Part shown: in pieces, positions 23,434-35,983 of the stretch
Numbering within the stretch: the stretch's first letter is position 1
Layout of the letters: each line of letters starts with the position of its first letter
Source: Octopus bimaculoides
Lineage: Eukaryota
Reading direction: 5' to 3'
Assembly (NCBI RefSeq): GCF_001194135.2
Contig: NC_069005.1
Coordinates: 1,572,863 to 1,636,201, forward strand
DNA length: 63,339 nt
The notes under the pieces: generated by a model
Seen by the model: only the letters and a program-made list of their open reading frames with translations
What the model was told of the DNA's origin: nothing
The model's database searches: none
Translations under genes and position numbers: made by a program

Positions 23434-25758
23434 AGATAATTCCCGAGTATTCTTTAGGAATACACACATACACACTCAAATTTCTACACACACACATATA
23501 TAGACACGACAGCGAAGGAGTTAAGAAAGTTTATTTATATGAGATAACCAAATTTCACAGCCATTTGATGCGATGAAAATATCTTTTATCGGGCACATAT
23601 ATTATTGTTAGTTTGTTTTTAGCCAGCTGGGTTACGGCCATACTGGATCAGTGCCTTCTGTAATATTGCTGTTCTATAATAGTTACACAACTTCAGTTCC
23701 TATTCGGTGTTCGGCATCAATAAATGGAAACAATAGAAGCTACACTCGACCCGTTTATATCCGCTTCCTCGTTTAGAGGTGACAGATCATCGTTTGGTAT
23801 TATGGAGTCTCTGAATCTCCTAATGAACCCGTTAATATATTGCAATACAATATCCATTTGTTGATGTTTTATATACAAACGTTTTGGGTTCGATCTTACT
23901 ACCTCTGAATAGCACCCCAGGACAGATGTCTTCTCTAGCTTCAGGTTGATCCCTGCCTTGTGAGTGGAATTTGGTAGATGGAAATTGTGCTGAAGCACGA
24001 TGTATGTGTCTGTCAGGTCACTTGTGAGGTCTCATGAGCCCTCCTGGTAACGTGGAATCCAGTACAACCTGTTGTGTGGTTGGGTCGTCAGCAACTAAAC
24101 TGGCCCCTTCACTAACCTTGCCTGGTGAGAGAGGGTTGCTAGAAACCCAGCAGGACTAAAAACAAGACCTGTGAAAATGACAGAGGAACCCAGTATAGAT
24201 TCAATGAGTATCTAGCAACAGCACAGCTCCTCATGAATTCTGGGTTGATGTTTGGCATCCTGGGAGTGAGGAATCCTTCAGCTTTTGTTAAAGCTTGTCT
24301 CTAGGAAAAGGTCGGTCTGATATGAAACCAGATATGGAGAGAATAGCATTTAACATTTGTTTGCTTTTGAGATCATGGGGTTTCCACATTCCCGAGCTTG
24401 CAACCCATAGTGGGTACTATAGACTCTGCCCTGGTTTGTCTGTGGATCATGTCAGTAGGCTGGAGTGGGGTCTGTGAGGTGTTGTACAAACTTTATTGGA
24501 CTTAAAATGTTAAGTTACAGAATCCACAGGCAAGGGGACTTTCAGATGTCTGGTTTAGAAACAATTTTATTTGCATAAAGCAAGGGTCTTATTTTCCTTT
24601 TTATGATAATTGATCCAAAGTAAAAGAAAGAAATATAAAAACATCTGCTTCGATTGCAAAAAGCTGAATATTTTGCTAAAAAGACAGGTGTGGCAGCCCT
24701 AAAAATACTACAAATAATAACAAATGTAACTTAATTAAACATGACCTTAATTAAACATGAACTCAATTAAACTATGATCAAGGAACGTTTTTTTTTTGTT
24801 CGTTTTACTGAAGTCATCATCATCGACATCAGCAACATGAATGAAAAATCTAAAATGTTTGGAAGGAATAAAACAGGAAGTGATCAACAACATAGTTTTT
24901 TATGTCCGGTTTGCCATTGCTGGTATTTGGACAGGACATTCTGAGACAGTGTTTCACTGGTGTGTGTCCTTCCTGTCACAAACCTTTGTTTGTCCTCTCT
25001 TATGACACATGTAGCAACATGACAATGGTGTACCTATTCAGAAAACCAAGATATACATCAGTACCATCATCATCACCATCACCATTATCATTACTGTTTT
25101 ATGTCTTACGTTTCCATCCTTGCAGTGTCAGAGGTAAGGTTCATTGAGGTAGATTTTTCTGGGGCCAGGTGCTCTTCCTGTTGCCAACCTTCACCTGTTT
25201 CCAATCAAGATAACGTTTCCCCATGACCAGACAGGTTTTTTATGGTAGACTGGAAACGAACACCATCACGTGTATGACAGTGATGCATGTTTATAATCAT
25301 CACATGATTTGAGGACAAGAGTGTATACACACACACTCTCTGGGCTTCTTTCTTCTGAAATCCACTCACAAGGGTTTGATTAGCTCAGGGCTATAATAGA
25401 AGACACTTGCTCAAGGTTGGATGGTTTGACTGAGAGCCAGCGGCTGCACCAGGCTCCAATCTGATCTGGCAATGTTTCTACAGCTGGATGCCCTTCCTAA
25501 TGCCAACCACTCCGAGAGTGTAGTGAGTGCTTTTTACATGCCACTGGCACAGGAGCCGATAAGGCAGGCATGGTAACAATCACGTTTGGATGGTGCTTTT
25601 TATGTGCCACCAGCACAGGAGCCAGTCAGTGGGTACTGGCATCAGTCACAATCGGCTGGTGCTTTGTATGTGCCACCGGCAAAAATTTGAATGAAATTGG
25701 TTGTGTAGTTCTGGAGTTTTAGGGATTCACACAGACACACACACAGACATACATTCTC

Positions 25759-25811
<53 letters not shown>

Positions 25812-26259
25812 GCATATATATTTGTGTGTCTATGTTTGTCCCCACCACCTTCACTTGACAACCAATGTTGGTGTGCTTACGTTCCCGTAACTTAGTGGTT
25901 CGGCAAAAGAGGCCAATAGAATAAGTACTAGGCTTACAAAGAATAAGTCCTAGGGCCGATTTCTTCAACTTACGGCTGTGCTCCAGCATGGCCACAGTCA
26001 AATGACTGAAACAAATAAAAGAAAGAAAAGATAAGAAAATTGTCTATTTGATAAATATGGAACAACATAAAAACAACCTGTATCTCATTTCCATTTGTTT
26101 CTATGTTTCAAATATTTCTCTTCATAAACTCAATGTTATTTCTCTGTGAATCAATCCAAACAGTCCAGTTTTGTTGTTGTTGCTTATTAATGGTGTTAGT
26201 TTTTACATTTCTCGTATTTTTTACCAAAATGTTGCATTGTCGCCTTCTTTGTTTTGCAG

Positions 26260-26388
26260 TCACGAACCACAGGCAAAGAACTTTTCGAAATGGTGTGTCG
26301 AACGATTGGTCTCCGTGAATCTTGGTACTTTGGTTTACAATTTGTCGATTCCAAAGGATATGTTGCCTGGCTAAAGTTCGATAAAAGG
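26260..26388 (+). CDS. NF2: Merlin exon, FERM F1 ([43 protein letters not shown]), 129 nt
   Basis: GK.LF..VCRT.GLRE.W.FGLQ motif; CAG/GT boundaries. Confidence 0.97.
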
Positions 26389-26443
26389 GTAATAAATATT
26401 TTTATATTTTTAATTATTCACAAATAGTTTATTTGTTCTAATT

Positions 26444-26867
26444 CAGTGTTCCTCAACCTTTTTACCTTTGCGTAACCCTTAAAATAAAATTACACATCTC
26501 AAGGAACCCCTGCACAAAAAATATTATAAACCATATCTTTCTCATATTTTTTTCACCATAGTTCACATAGTAAATGTCATATGTGTGTGTGTGTGTGTGT
26601 GTATGTATATATATACAGGGTGTCCACAAAGTCTGGGTACATGGGGATTATCACATACTTTAAGAAATTATTATTTCTTATATTTAATTGTTTATGTTAT
26701 GAGTTTATTTACTCCATGTACCCAGACTTTGTGGACACCCTGTATATATATATATATATATAACGATCATGAAATTCGCATTAGCTTAGCTCACTCTTTC
26801 TTGCGGAACCCCTAGGAACCTTTTGCAGAACCCTAGGGTTCCCGGGAACCCCAGTTGAAAAACGCTG
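26444..26867. mobile_element. hAT (Charlie-like) MITE
   Basis: TIRs CAGTGTTCCTCAAC / GTTGAAAAACGCTG; 8-bp TSD TTCTAATT / TTCTAACT (7/8). Confidence 0.8.
26616..26742. mobile_element. Tc1/mariner MITE nested in the hAT MITE
   Basis: Perfect 29-bp TIR CAGGGTGTCCACAAAGTCTGGGTACATGG, inserted in a TA run. Confidence 0.92.
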
Positions 26868-27592
26868 TTCTAACTACAGGCCTGTATAGACACAGAAATG
26901 TGGGGAAGGGCTCATCAGTTATATCGAACCCCAGTGCTCAACTGGTCCTTATTCTATCAACTGCAAAAAGATGAAGGGCCAAGTCAACATTTGGGACTCA
27001 AAACATAAAACTGTAGGGAATGCCACTTAGCAGTTTATCTGGCATTTCAACAATTCTGCCAGCTTGTTTCCTTGATAATAAATGCAGATTTTGCTTCAGT
27101 CATTATGCTTGTATGACGTATCTCTGATGACCTCAGTCTATTTTTAACAGTTAGTTTATTGGAAGAGAATCTAGAATAGGATATCACATAGACCTATGGC
27201 ATGAAGATGTAGAAATTTTACCAAAATCATCTGAAAGCATGTCCAGCCATGGGGAAATATTACCTTGCTTGGAAATAGTTGAAGGTCGGCTACAGGACAA
27301 GCATTCAGCCATAGAAAATATACCTCAATGAATTTCGTTTGACCCATGCAGGCATGGAAAAGTGGACCTTAAAATGGTGATGCTGATGGCTTTGAAGTAT
27401 ACTGTTTGTTTTTTTAATGCACTACGTCTTTAAAAGGGACCTTCCCAGGATGAAATACTGCAGCCTAAAAGCATTTGAAAACACACACATATTAAGTACA
27501 TGACGTCAATAATGTTCACACACACACACACATACACACAGACATATGTACACATACATATGACTCAGACACATAAGCATTGCTTGTGTTAA

Positions 27593-27775
27593 CCCTTTCA
27601 AGAAAACCTGTCAAAGACTGCCCCTATTTCTATGATACACATTCCCTGTTTTAAACAGTCAAATTTCTTGTTAACATAAGTTCTAAACTCCTACTTAAAT
27701 TATTTCAATAAACTCTTCGATATTTTCATAATTAATTAAAACAAAGGCATTTCAAGAGAAATGGTAATAAAAGAG
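27593..27775. mobile_element. piggyBac-type MITE (second family)
   Basis: TTAA-CCCTTT...AAAGAG-TTAA. The internal sequence recurs at about 11270-11460, 35150-35330, 36220-36350, 43630-43800 and 48460-48620. Confidence 0.6.
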
Positions 27776-27840
27776 TTAAGATATTTGGGTATTGCTTTCC
27801 ATGTTCTACCATAATTTACATTTCTTGTTTTGAAATTTAG

Positions 27841-28047
27841 GTTTTAAATCAGGATGTACCCAAAGAAAACCCGATTCCATTTCTGTTTCTTGCCAAACTC
27901 TTTCCTGAAGATGTCTCTGAAGAACTTATCCAAGAAATCACCCAACACTTATTTTTTCTCCAAGTCAAGCAGTCAATTCTTAACATGGACATTTACTGCC
28001 CACCCGAAGCTTCTGTTCTTCTTGCTTCATACGCAGTCCAAGCCAAG
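27841..28047 (+). CDS. NF2: Merlin exon, FERM F1/F2 ([69 protein letters not shown]), 207 nt
   Basis: [18 protein letters not shown] is the merlin-type motif; corresponds to human exons 3+4 fused. Confidence 0.97.
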
Positions 28048-28681
28048 GTCAGTAGTAGTATTATATACACACACACACACATGCATGCATACAGTGTGTT
28101 TCTTTCAGTTTTTGTCTACTAAATCGACTTATGAAGCTTTGTCAGCCCATTGCCATCACACAGGGGTTCTCCATTGGGGATCCATTTAAGATTTTGTTGG
28201 TAGTAAAAATTACGTGCAAATAAATTGCTTACACAATCGTTGCCAGCGTCGCCTTACTGGCACATGTGCCGGTGGCACATGAAAAGCGACATTCAAATTT
28301 GGTCAATGCCATTGCCACCAGACTGGCTCCCATGCAGTTAGCACATAAAAAACACCTTTTGAGCGTGGCCGTTGCCAGAACCGCATGACTGGCCCTCGTA
28401 CCGGTAGCATGTAAAAGCTCCCACTACACTCTTGGAGTGGTTGGCGTTAGGAAGAGCATCCAGCTGTAGAAACTCTGCCAGATCAGATTGGAGCCTGGTG
28501 CAGGCTTCTGGCTTGCCAGTCCTCAGTCAAACCGTCCAACCCATGCCAGGGGATTGAACCTAGAACCACGAGGGTGAGAAAGCTAACTTCTCAAGAACAC
28601 ATCCATGTCCGTACCTAATTATTGAGGAGAAAGTAAAAGAAATAACTGAATTTCATTTTTTTTCCCAATTTCCTTTTCCAG

Positions 28682-28833
28682 TTAGGAGATTATGATGAAG
28701 GGAACTATAAACCTGGGATGTTATCCAGTGAAGATCTGCTTCCTCAGAGGGTTATCGACCAATATCAGATGACTCCTGAAATGTGGGCTGAGAGAATCAA
28801 AGTATGGTATGCTGATCATAGAGGATTGCCAAG
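28682..28833 (+). CDS. NF2: Merlin exon with Blue box ([50 protein letters not shown]), 152 nt
   Basis: Intact merlin-diagnostic Blue box YQMTPEM; corresponds to human exons 5+6 fused. Confidence 0.97.
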
Positions 28834-28984
28834 GTACATGTAGTCACTTTTTTGTATCTTCTCCTTCTGGTTTTAGTCATTGAATCAGAGGCTGTGTTGG
28901 GGCCCTGTCTGCAAAGGTTTAGACAGTTATGTCAACACACCCTTACATATATTTTTTTTCCTTTTGTATTTTTTTTTTTTTTAG

Positions 28985-29060
28985 GGATGAAGCTGAGATG
29001 GAATATTTAAAGATTGTTCAAGATTTCCAGATGTATGGAGTAAACTATTTTCAGATCAAG
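28985..29060 (+). CDS. NF2: Merlin exon ([25 protein letters not shown]), 76 nt
   Basis: [17 protein letters not shown] motif; TAG/GT boundaries. Confidence 0.96.
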
Positions 29061-29639
29061 GTATCACTTATTTTGTTTAGTTTTTTTCTTTGTTACTTTC
29101 TGTTTTTCATTGAATGAAGACCTGCAAAAGTCAGTCTTCTTTCAGCTGCATTCTCTCGGAAGAAAGTTCCTTGGCTAAGATTCTCCTTTTTGTGTTTTTG
29201 TCAGAAATGATATGAAACAGTGTGCGTCACGTCCGCATGAACATACTAACAGCATAGACAGGACTTGTTGCAGGTTTAGAAGCAATCCATAAGTCACATT
29301 TGTGATTAGCTTACTTTTATCAAAGATGCTTTTTATTCACAACAACCATCTTCTTTTAACGTCCAACAACCATCATCTTTTAACGTCCAACAACCATCAT
29401 CTTTACAGCAACCCTTCGTGTGTGTGTGTGTATATAAGTAGAATTCACAAAAATCAAAAGACAAAGACAGGTTGTGTAGACAACAAACAGATGTATTAGT
29501 TTAATGCTCAGGAAGTGAAGAAGTCTTTAACATTTCGAGTCTACGCTCTTCCACAGAAAGAAACAGGGAGAGAAAATAAAGAATGTGTAGTGGCTAGCAA
29601 TCTGTATGAACAGATGCAGCTGTCTTTTACAAGATCAGC

Positions 29640-30433
29640 GACAGTGAGTCGCTCGAAAAGTATGTAGTAATTTGCGAGTGGAATGAGCTTTCATCACTAG
29701 CCAGTGACTAACGCACGCTGAGGACGGGTAACCACCCAGAAACTCGAGTCCGTGTGTATCACGTAAGGCTAGAGATGGGAGCGATGACCTCCCCTCGTCA
29801 ATACTAATCGGACGCAGACTGTATGTCATTAGCCAGCTGGCGGAAATGTTTTCCTGGGGCTATAAACAACAGTAGCACTGTCCTGTATAGAACGCCACAC
29901 TTAGTTGGCAAATATATGTTACGATTCCGTACCGCTACTGTTTATATTTCGCTCAAAGATTTAATATAACATATCTCTATCTTTTCCGAGATGAGCGGCA
30001 GTGAGTCGCAAGAAAAGTATATAGTAATTTGCGAGTGGAATGAGATTTTATCACTAGCCAGTGATTAACACATGCTGAGGACGGGTAACCACCCAGAAAT
30101 TCAAATCCATGTGTATCACCTTCATGCTGGCCAAGGTGTCATAGTTTCCATTGCAGCTGTCCATGTTACGTCTTACAGTCTTTACAATGTTTACAGAGCA
30201 CTGAGCAACTGTTATGATGTCGGCATTTTTATACCCGGCGCGAATCATCATGATATAAGAAACTTTTTCAATATTCAGATGGCTTCCAGTCCTCCATGTC
30301 AACTAATGTTTTTCTCAGCTACAACTTTAATCTTTATGCTTTGCAGCGACTTTGACTGTTCACCAATATTTCAAGCTGTTCCTGAGAAAAACGAGACATA
30401 AAAATTCGTAAAATTTTGCCCGAACACCCCGTA
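29640..30433 (-). mobile_element. Internally deleted Tc1/mariner-superfamily element
   Basis: TIR-like TACGGGGTGTTCGGGCAAAA ending at 30433; N-terminal remnant (IRAGYKNADIITVAQCSVNIVKTVRR) joined to a C-terminal ..LIPLANYY.. remnant resembling DLNPLDYY. Confidence 0.55.
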
Positions 30434-32900
30434 AATTTAATAGCTTTTGTGCGTTTTCGGATAGCTAAAAGGGTCCTTCTATGATGTAATTGCATTAGCT
30501 TCAACGCACGAGTTCAGGTAAAAAGAAAAAAAAAGCACTCTAAAATTAACTCTGAGATTAAAACAGCAAACATTTTCAAAATGAGAACATTTTTTTCAAT
30601 TTTATTAAACAGAAAGTAATTACATCGCGAAACTAATTTCGCTTTTTATAAACAGACAAAAAAAAAAGCATGAATATTTTTTATATATTTCTTGAGGATC
30701 AAAATTGTCGTCGCACCGCTGCGACATCTCAAAAATTAAATAAAACGTAAATTCAGCAGATTTTGTGTGTTTTTAAGTGGCCAAATTGTTTTGTTCACGG
30801 TGTTACCTTATCAGTTTCAATATAAGGTCACGGAGCAAGCCACCTGCTAGACAAGAACAACTCCAAATTTATGTTTATTTCTTATCTTTTACTTGTTTCA
30901 GTCATTAAAGCGTGGCCATGCTGGGGTACTGCCGTTAAGAATTTTAGTTATACAAATCGACCCCAGTACATATTTTTCTTGTGAAACCTGGTACTTGTTC
31001 TAGCGGCCTCTTTTACTAAACATACCAACACCGGTTGTCAAGCGGTGGTGGAAGACAAATAGAGACCCCTACATACACAGACGCATATACGATGTGCTTC
31101 TTTCAGTTTCCGTCTTCTAAATCTACTCATAAGGCTTTGCTCGACCCGAGGTTAGAGGAGAAGACACTTGCTCAAGGTACTACGCAGTAGGACTCAACCC
31201 AGAACCATGTGGTTGAGAAGAAAAACATATTTTCCAAATATTGGCTACAAACAAGATTTTTTCAGAAAGCATGAATTTTTTTCTGAAAACAGCACAGTAA
31301 AAATATCTTCTTAAGATTTGCCTACGAAAACCAACGCTAGGATTTACTCTATTTGTAAGCCTCTGATTGTCTATGTCATGTCTTGGGAGAGTCATTAAAG
31401 AGTAAAGGGTAATGGCTCCCTTCGATCATGAAAGAACGTGGGATTGCACCTGGAAAGTTCCCTTCCGAAGTACAAGTCCGGGCGAAGTTGTTTATGGAAG
31501 GCCAGAAGTCACCCATGCATACCACTCTTCCCTCTCCATGCCATCGGTGTTGTCCAAAGGAAAGGCAAAGGCCGATACAGTTTGGCACCAGTGACGTTGC
31601 CATTCTTTTCTACAGCTGAGGGAAATGAAGCAACGTGAAGTGAAGTGTCTTGCTGAAGAACACAACACACAACCCGATCCGAGAATCGAACTCAATACTT
31701 CGTGATTGGGAGCCCGACGCACTAATCACTGAGCTATTCGCCTTCACAGGGAGAGTCATTACACCTATAATAACACACGCACAGATTCAATTCCACTTCT
31801 TCGTTGTTAGTCAATGGGCTATATGTCTTACCATCTAACTAACTGATCGTTTATTAAATGTGCCGGTTAAACAATCAATCGAGTGTTTGTTTGCAAGTCC
31901 GAGTTCTTTCTTCGCTACCTTTTCAATGACTTTTTCTCTCGCTTCACTGTCTGCTCTGTGTCGAAGTTCTTTTGTCGCTGTTTGCGAATAGCGGCGAAAG
32001 AACTTTGACTAACAAACAACCGATTGATTTTTTTAACCAACACATTAAACAAACGATCAAGTAGTTGGTTGGTTAGATATTTAACCGTGAATGCGCGTGG
32101 CTTAGTGGTTAGAGTATTCGGCTCATGATCGTTAAGTTGTGAGTTCAATTCTCGGCGAAGGGTTGTGTCCTTGGGCAAGACATTTTATTTCCTGGTGCTC
32201 CAGTCCACTTAGCTAGCAAAAATGAATAGTGCCTATATTTCAATGGACCAGCCTTGTCACACTGTGTCACATTGTATCTCACTACGTTAAGGGTACGTAT
32301 GTATGTGGAGTGCTCAGCCACATGCACGTTAATTTCACGAGCAGGCTGTTCTGTTGAATTGGATCAACTGGGACCCTTGACATCGTGACTGAGAGAGTGT
32401 CAGATATTTAACAAATTGGCTGACAATAAAGAAGTGGAAAGAAGCAGTGCGTGTGTTTATTACTGGCGTAATGACTCACCCAAGACACAACAGAACTTGT
32501 TTCAACACACGAATTTACATCTAGAATCTTGCAAACCTAAAACGAAACCGAAGCCAGGGCTGAATAATGTTACACAAAAACGAGGGAAAACAACAGCGCA
32601 GAAGCAACGAAGACAACAACAACAAAAACAATCCTAGCTAGATGAATAAAACAACAGCAGGAATTTAAACTACAAATAAAAGTAAACACGAAATAAGTCG
32701 GCAACATACAGAAAGTAAGACATAATGAGAAAAACATTCGAAGAACAGAACATAAGCAATTAAAATTAGAAGACAGAAAGGAAATTTATTTATCATGGAA
32801 AATTGTTTTTTGCTCCTGGACTTTTTTGGTAGAACCATTATATTGGCAGGAATTGTCAGAGGCCGGACAAGATGCCCTGCTGTTTTTCTTCCTACTCGTT

Positions 32901-32950
32901 ATGTTCTGATGACGGCCAGTCAGTAGAAACTGCGAAACCACTGTCAACAT
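32901..32950 (+). ncRNA. Minimal type I hammerhead ribozyme-like motif (degenerate helix II)
   Basis: ATGTT-CTGATGA-C-GGCCAGT..ACTGC-GAAAC-CACT-GTC-AACAT: perfect 5-bp helix I and a GUC triplet. Confidence 0.55.
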
Positions 32951-33102
32951 TTATATGGCTGTGTGGTAAGAAGCTTGCTTCCGAACCACATGGTTCTAGG
33001 TTCAGTCCCACTACGTGGCACCTTGGGCAAGTGTCCTCTACTATAGCCTCGGGCTGACCAAAGCCTTGTGAGTGGATTTGGTAGACGGAAACTGAAAGAT
33101 GC

Positions 33103-33153
<51 letters not shown>

Positions 33154-34345
33154 TGGCTAAACTGGCAATATGACCATCCCCAAATACAACAATATATATA
33201 TATGTATATATATATATGTACACATACACACATATGTATGTATGTATGTATGTATCTATGTTTGTCCCCCTACCATCGCCTGACAACCGATGTTGGTGTG
33301 TTTGCGTCCCTGCAACTTAACGGTTCGGCAAAAGCGACCGATAGATTAAGTACCATTAAGTACAAGGCGCACAAAGAATAAGTCCTGGGGTCGATTTGTT
33401 CGACTAAATGCGATGCTCTTGAATGGCCACAGTCAAATGACTCGAACAAGTAAGAGAATATATATAGAGACAGACAGACAGACAACAGATAGATACATAC
33501 ATACATAGACAGACGTACATATATACATATATACGCACAGGCGCGTGCGCGCACACACACACACACACACACGTATACATACATACATACATACATACGT
33601 ACATACATACATACTGTGGGGGTCGAGAAAATAAAGTGCTATTCAAGTACCGGGATCGACTTGCGCTTCCCTTCGAAACTGCTAACCTTGAAACCCGCAA
33701 CGGACAAGCGTTCCATTCAAGGGGCATGTTGAGATTTCGGTAACTTATACAGGGTGCGGCAGAAATACCGCCCACATTTGAAAGGTTGACAAAAGGAAAA
33801 AGAAACAACATTTATGAAAAATTAATTTTACTGTTGTTTGAACAAAGGGTTACAGTTTTTGTTCATTAGCTAAATGAAAACATCATTGGCACTTGCATAA
33901 GTTCATTAGCAACACATATTATTATTTATTCATGCGCTCTTTTTAAAGCCTAGCCAGGCTCATGGGCCCGGTTTCCCGGTTTCTATGACATGTGTTCCCC
34001 CCAGCTGGACGGGACGCCAGTCCATCGCAGCTTTACTCANNNNNNNNNNNNNNNNNNNNNNNNNNNNNNNNNNNNNNNNNNNNNNNNNNNNNNNNNNNNN
34101 NNNNNNNNNNNNNNNNNNNNNNNNNNNNNNNNNNNNNNNTTCATGTAATATATGTATATATTTGCATATATATATATGGGTATGAAAGTGTGAGCAGTTG
34201 TTTTGCATCCATTTTTCCATGCTTGCATAGGTTAGACTTGTATGCAATATATCAAGGCATCGTTTAACAGCCAGTTGCAATTTATTTCTACATATAAAGT
34301 GAAAGTTAACCAATAAATAATTAATATATTTCCGTCTGTTTCCAG

Positions 34346-34480
34346 AATAAACGTCAAACTGACCTTTGGTTAGGAGTTGATGCTCATGGTTTAAATATTT
34401 ATGAAAGAGATAACCGCCTTGAAGCTAAAATATCGTTTCCCTGGTGTGAGATTAAGACAGTTTCCTTTAAAGATAAAAAG
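34346..34480 (+). CDS. NF2: Merlin exon, FERM F3 ([45 protein letters not shown]), 135 nt
   Basis: LGVDA.GL.IY...KI.FPW.EI motif; CAG/GT boundaries. Confidence 0.96.
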
Positions 34481-35007
34481 GTACAGTCATCAGACATTGT
34501 CAAATGAATTTCTCTTCTTGTTTAGCATTTTTCTCCAGCATATGAGTTGAATTTTTCAGACCAAAAAATGTAGGTCAATTTGTACACCAGGACCAGTTTG
34601 GAGGGCCAATAATTCCATGTGAAATGCAGCAGAATTTGGAAAGATAGTGACACTGTTTGGGCGTTTACACAACATATTATGTCATCTCGTATGTCAGAAA
34701 ATATATTATTTTTAATCATTTATAATTATTTTTCTAAACAATTGTTTAGAAATTTCCATTTTCAAATTTTTTTTTTATTCTTTTGATGTGAAGAATTTAC
34801 CATTTATTTATTTTAGAGCTGTTGGTGCATAATTAAACTGGATTTATTGTAGCTGATAATTAATGTAGGGTTTGGAAGGGATAAATGGATGATGGAGAGT
34901 TCCAGGGGAAGGGTGTTTTGTTGAGGAAGGATTGGTAAGAATGTATAATGGATACATATATAGCTGTGTGGTTAAAATTTTGTCTTTTTCATTTTTGTTT
35001 TCTCCAG

Positions 35008-35082
35008 TTTACCATCAAACCCATGGATAAGAAATCCCCTGACTTTGTATTCAATGCTCCAAAAGTTCGAATCAACAAACTG
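35008..35082 (+). CDS. NF2: Merlin exon (FTIKPMDKKSPDFVFNAPKVRINKL), 75 nt
   Basis: F.IKP.DKK...F.F motif; CAG/GTTAGT boundaries. Confidence 0.96.
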
Positions 35083-35869
35083 GTTAGTTTGGTCTTATTT
35101 AACCGTTTTGTTGCAATATTTCTGTGAAAGTTCATTGCTTTTGTTTTACTTTTGAAAATAAATAAAGAAGTTAGTAAAATAGCTTTGTCATTATTAAGCC
35201 GGTGTTTGGATTACAACATGAAACTTTTGGTGGAAATCCTCAATTTAAATCACTTTAAAAGAGGAAGTGAGCATCATAGAACCAGGAACAGTGTCAGCCA
35301 AGTCTTTTTAACTCAAGAAATGTTCAGTGGAAAAAGGAGCATGAATGTAATATAAGAACAGCTGGGTGTTGAACCTTTGTGTTGCCCTATTTCCAAAGAA
35401 ATACAGACTTTGTGGTAATTAATTTCGAAAATAATGAAGAATTTAGTAAAAGAACTCTATTATTAAAATGGGGTTTGGAACCTAACATGAAATTTTAATG
35501 GGAGGTTTTTTAAAATTTTTATATTTAAGTCACTTTNNNNNNNNNNNNNNNNNNNNNNNNNNNNNNNNNNNNNNNNNNNNNNNNNNNNNNNNNNNNNNNN
35601 NNNNNNNNNNNNNNNNNNNNNNNNNNNNNNNNNNNNNNNNNNNNNNNNNNNNNNNNNNNNNNNNNNNNNNNNNNNNNNNNNNNNNNNNNNNNNNNNNNNN
35701 NNNNNNNNNNNNNNNNNNNNNNNNNNNNNNNNNNNNNNNNNNNNNNNNNNNNNNNNNNNNNNNNNNNNNNNNNNNNNNNNNNNNNNNNNNNNNNNNNNNN
35801 NNNNNNNNNNNNNNNNNNNNNNNNNNNNNNNNNNNNNNNNCTATATTAACTCATTTATTTGCTTTTCAG

Positions 35870-35983
35870 ATTCTTGAACTCTGTGTTGGGAACCGTGAAT
35901 TATACATGAGGAGACGAAGAACAGATTCTATGGAAATTCAACAGATGAAAACTCATGCCAGAGAAGAAAAGGCTCGAAGACAG
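35870..35983 (+). CDS. NF2: Merlin exon, FERM end and helix ([38 protein letters not shown]), 114 nt
   Basis: LC.GN..L.MRRR..D..E.QQMK..AREEK motif; CAG/GTAAC boundaries. Confidence 0.96.
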
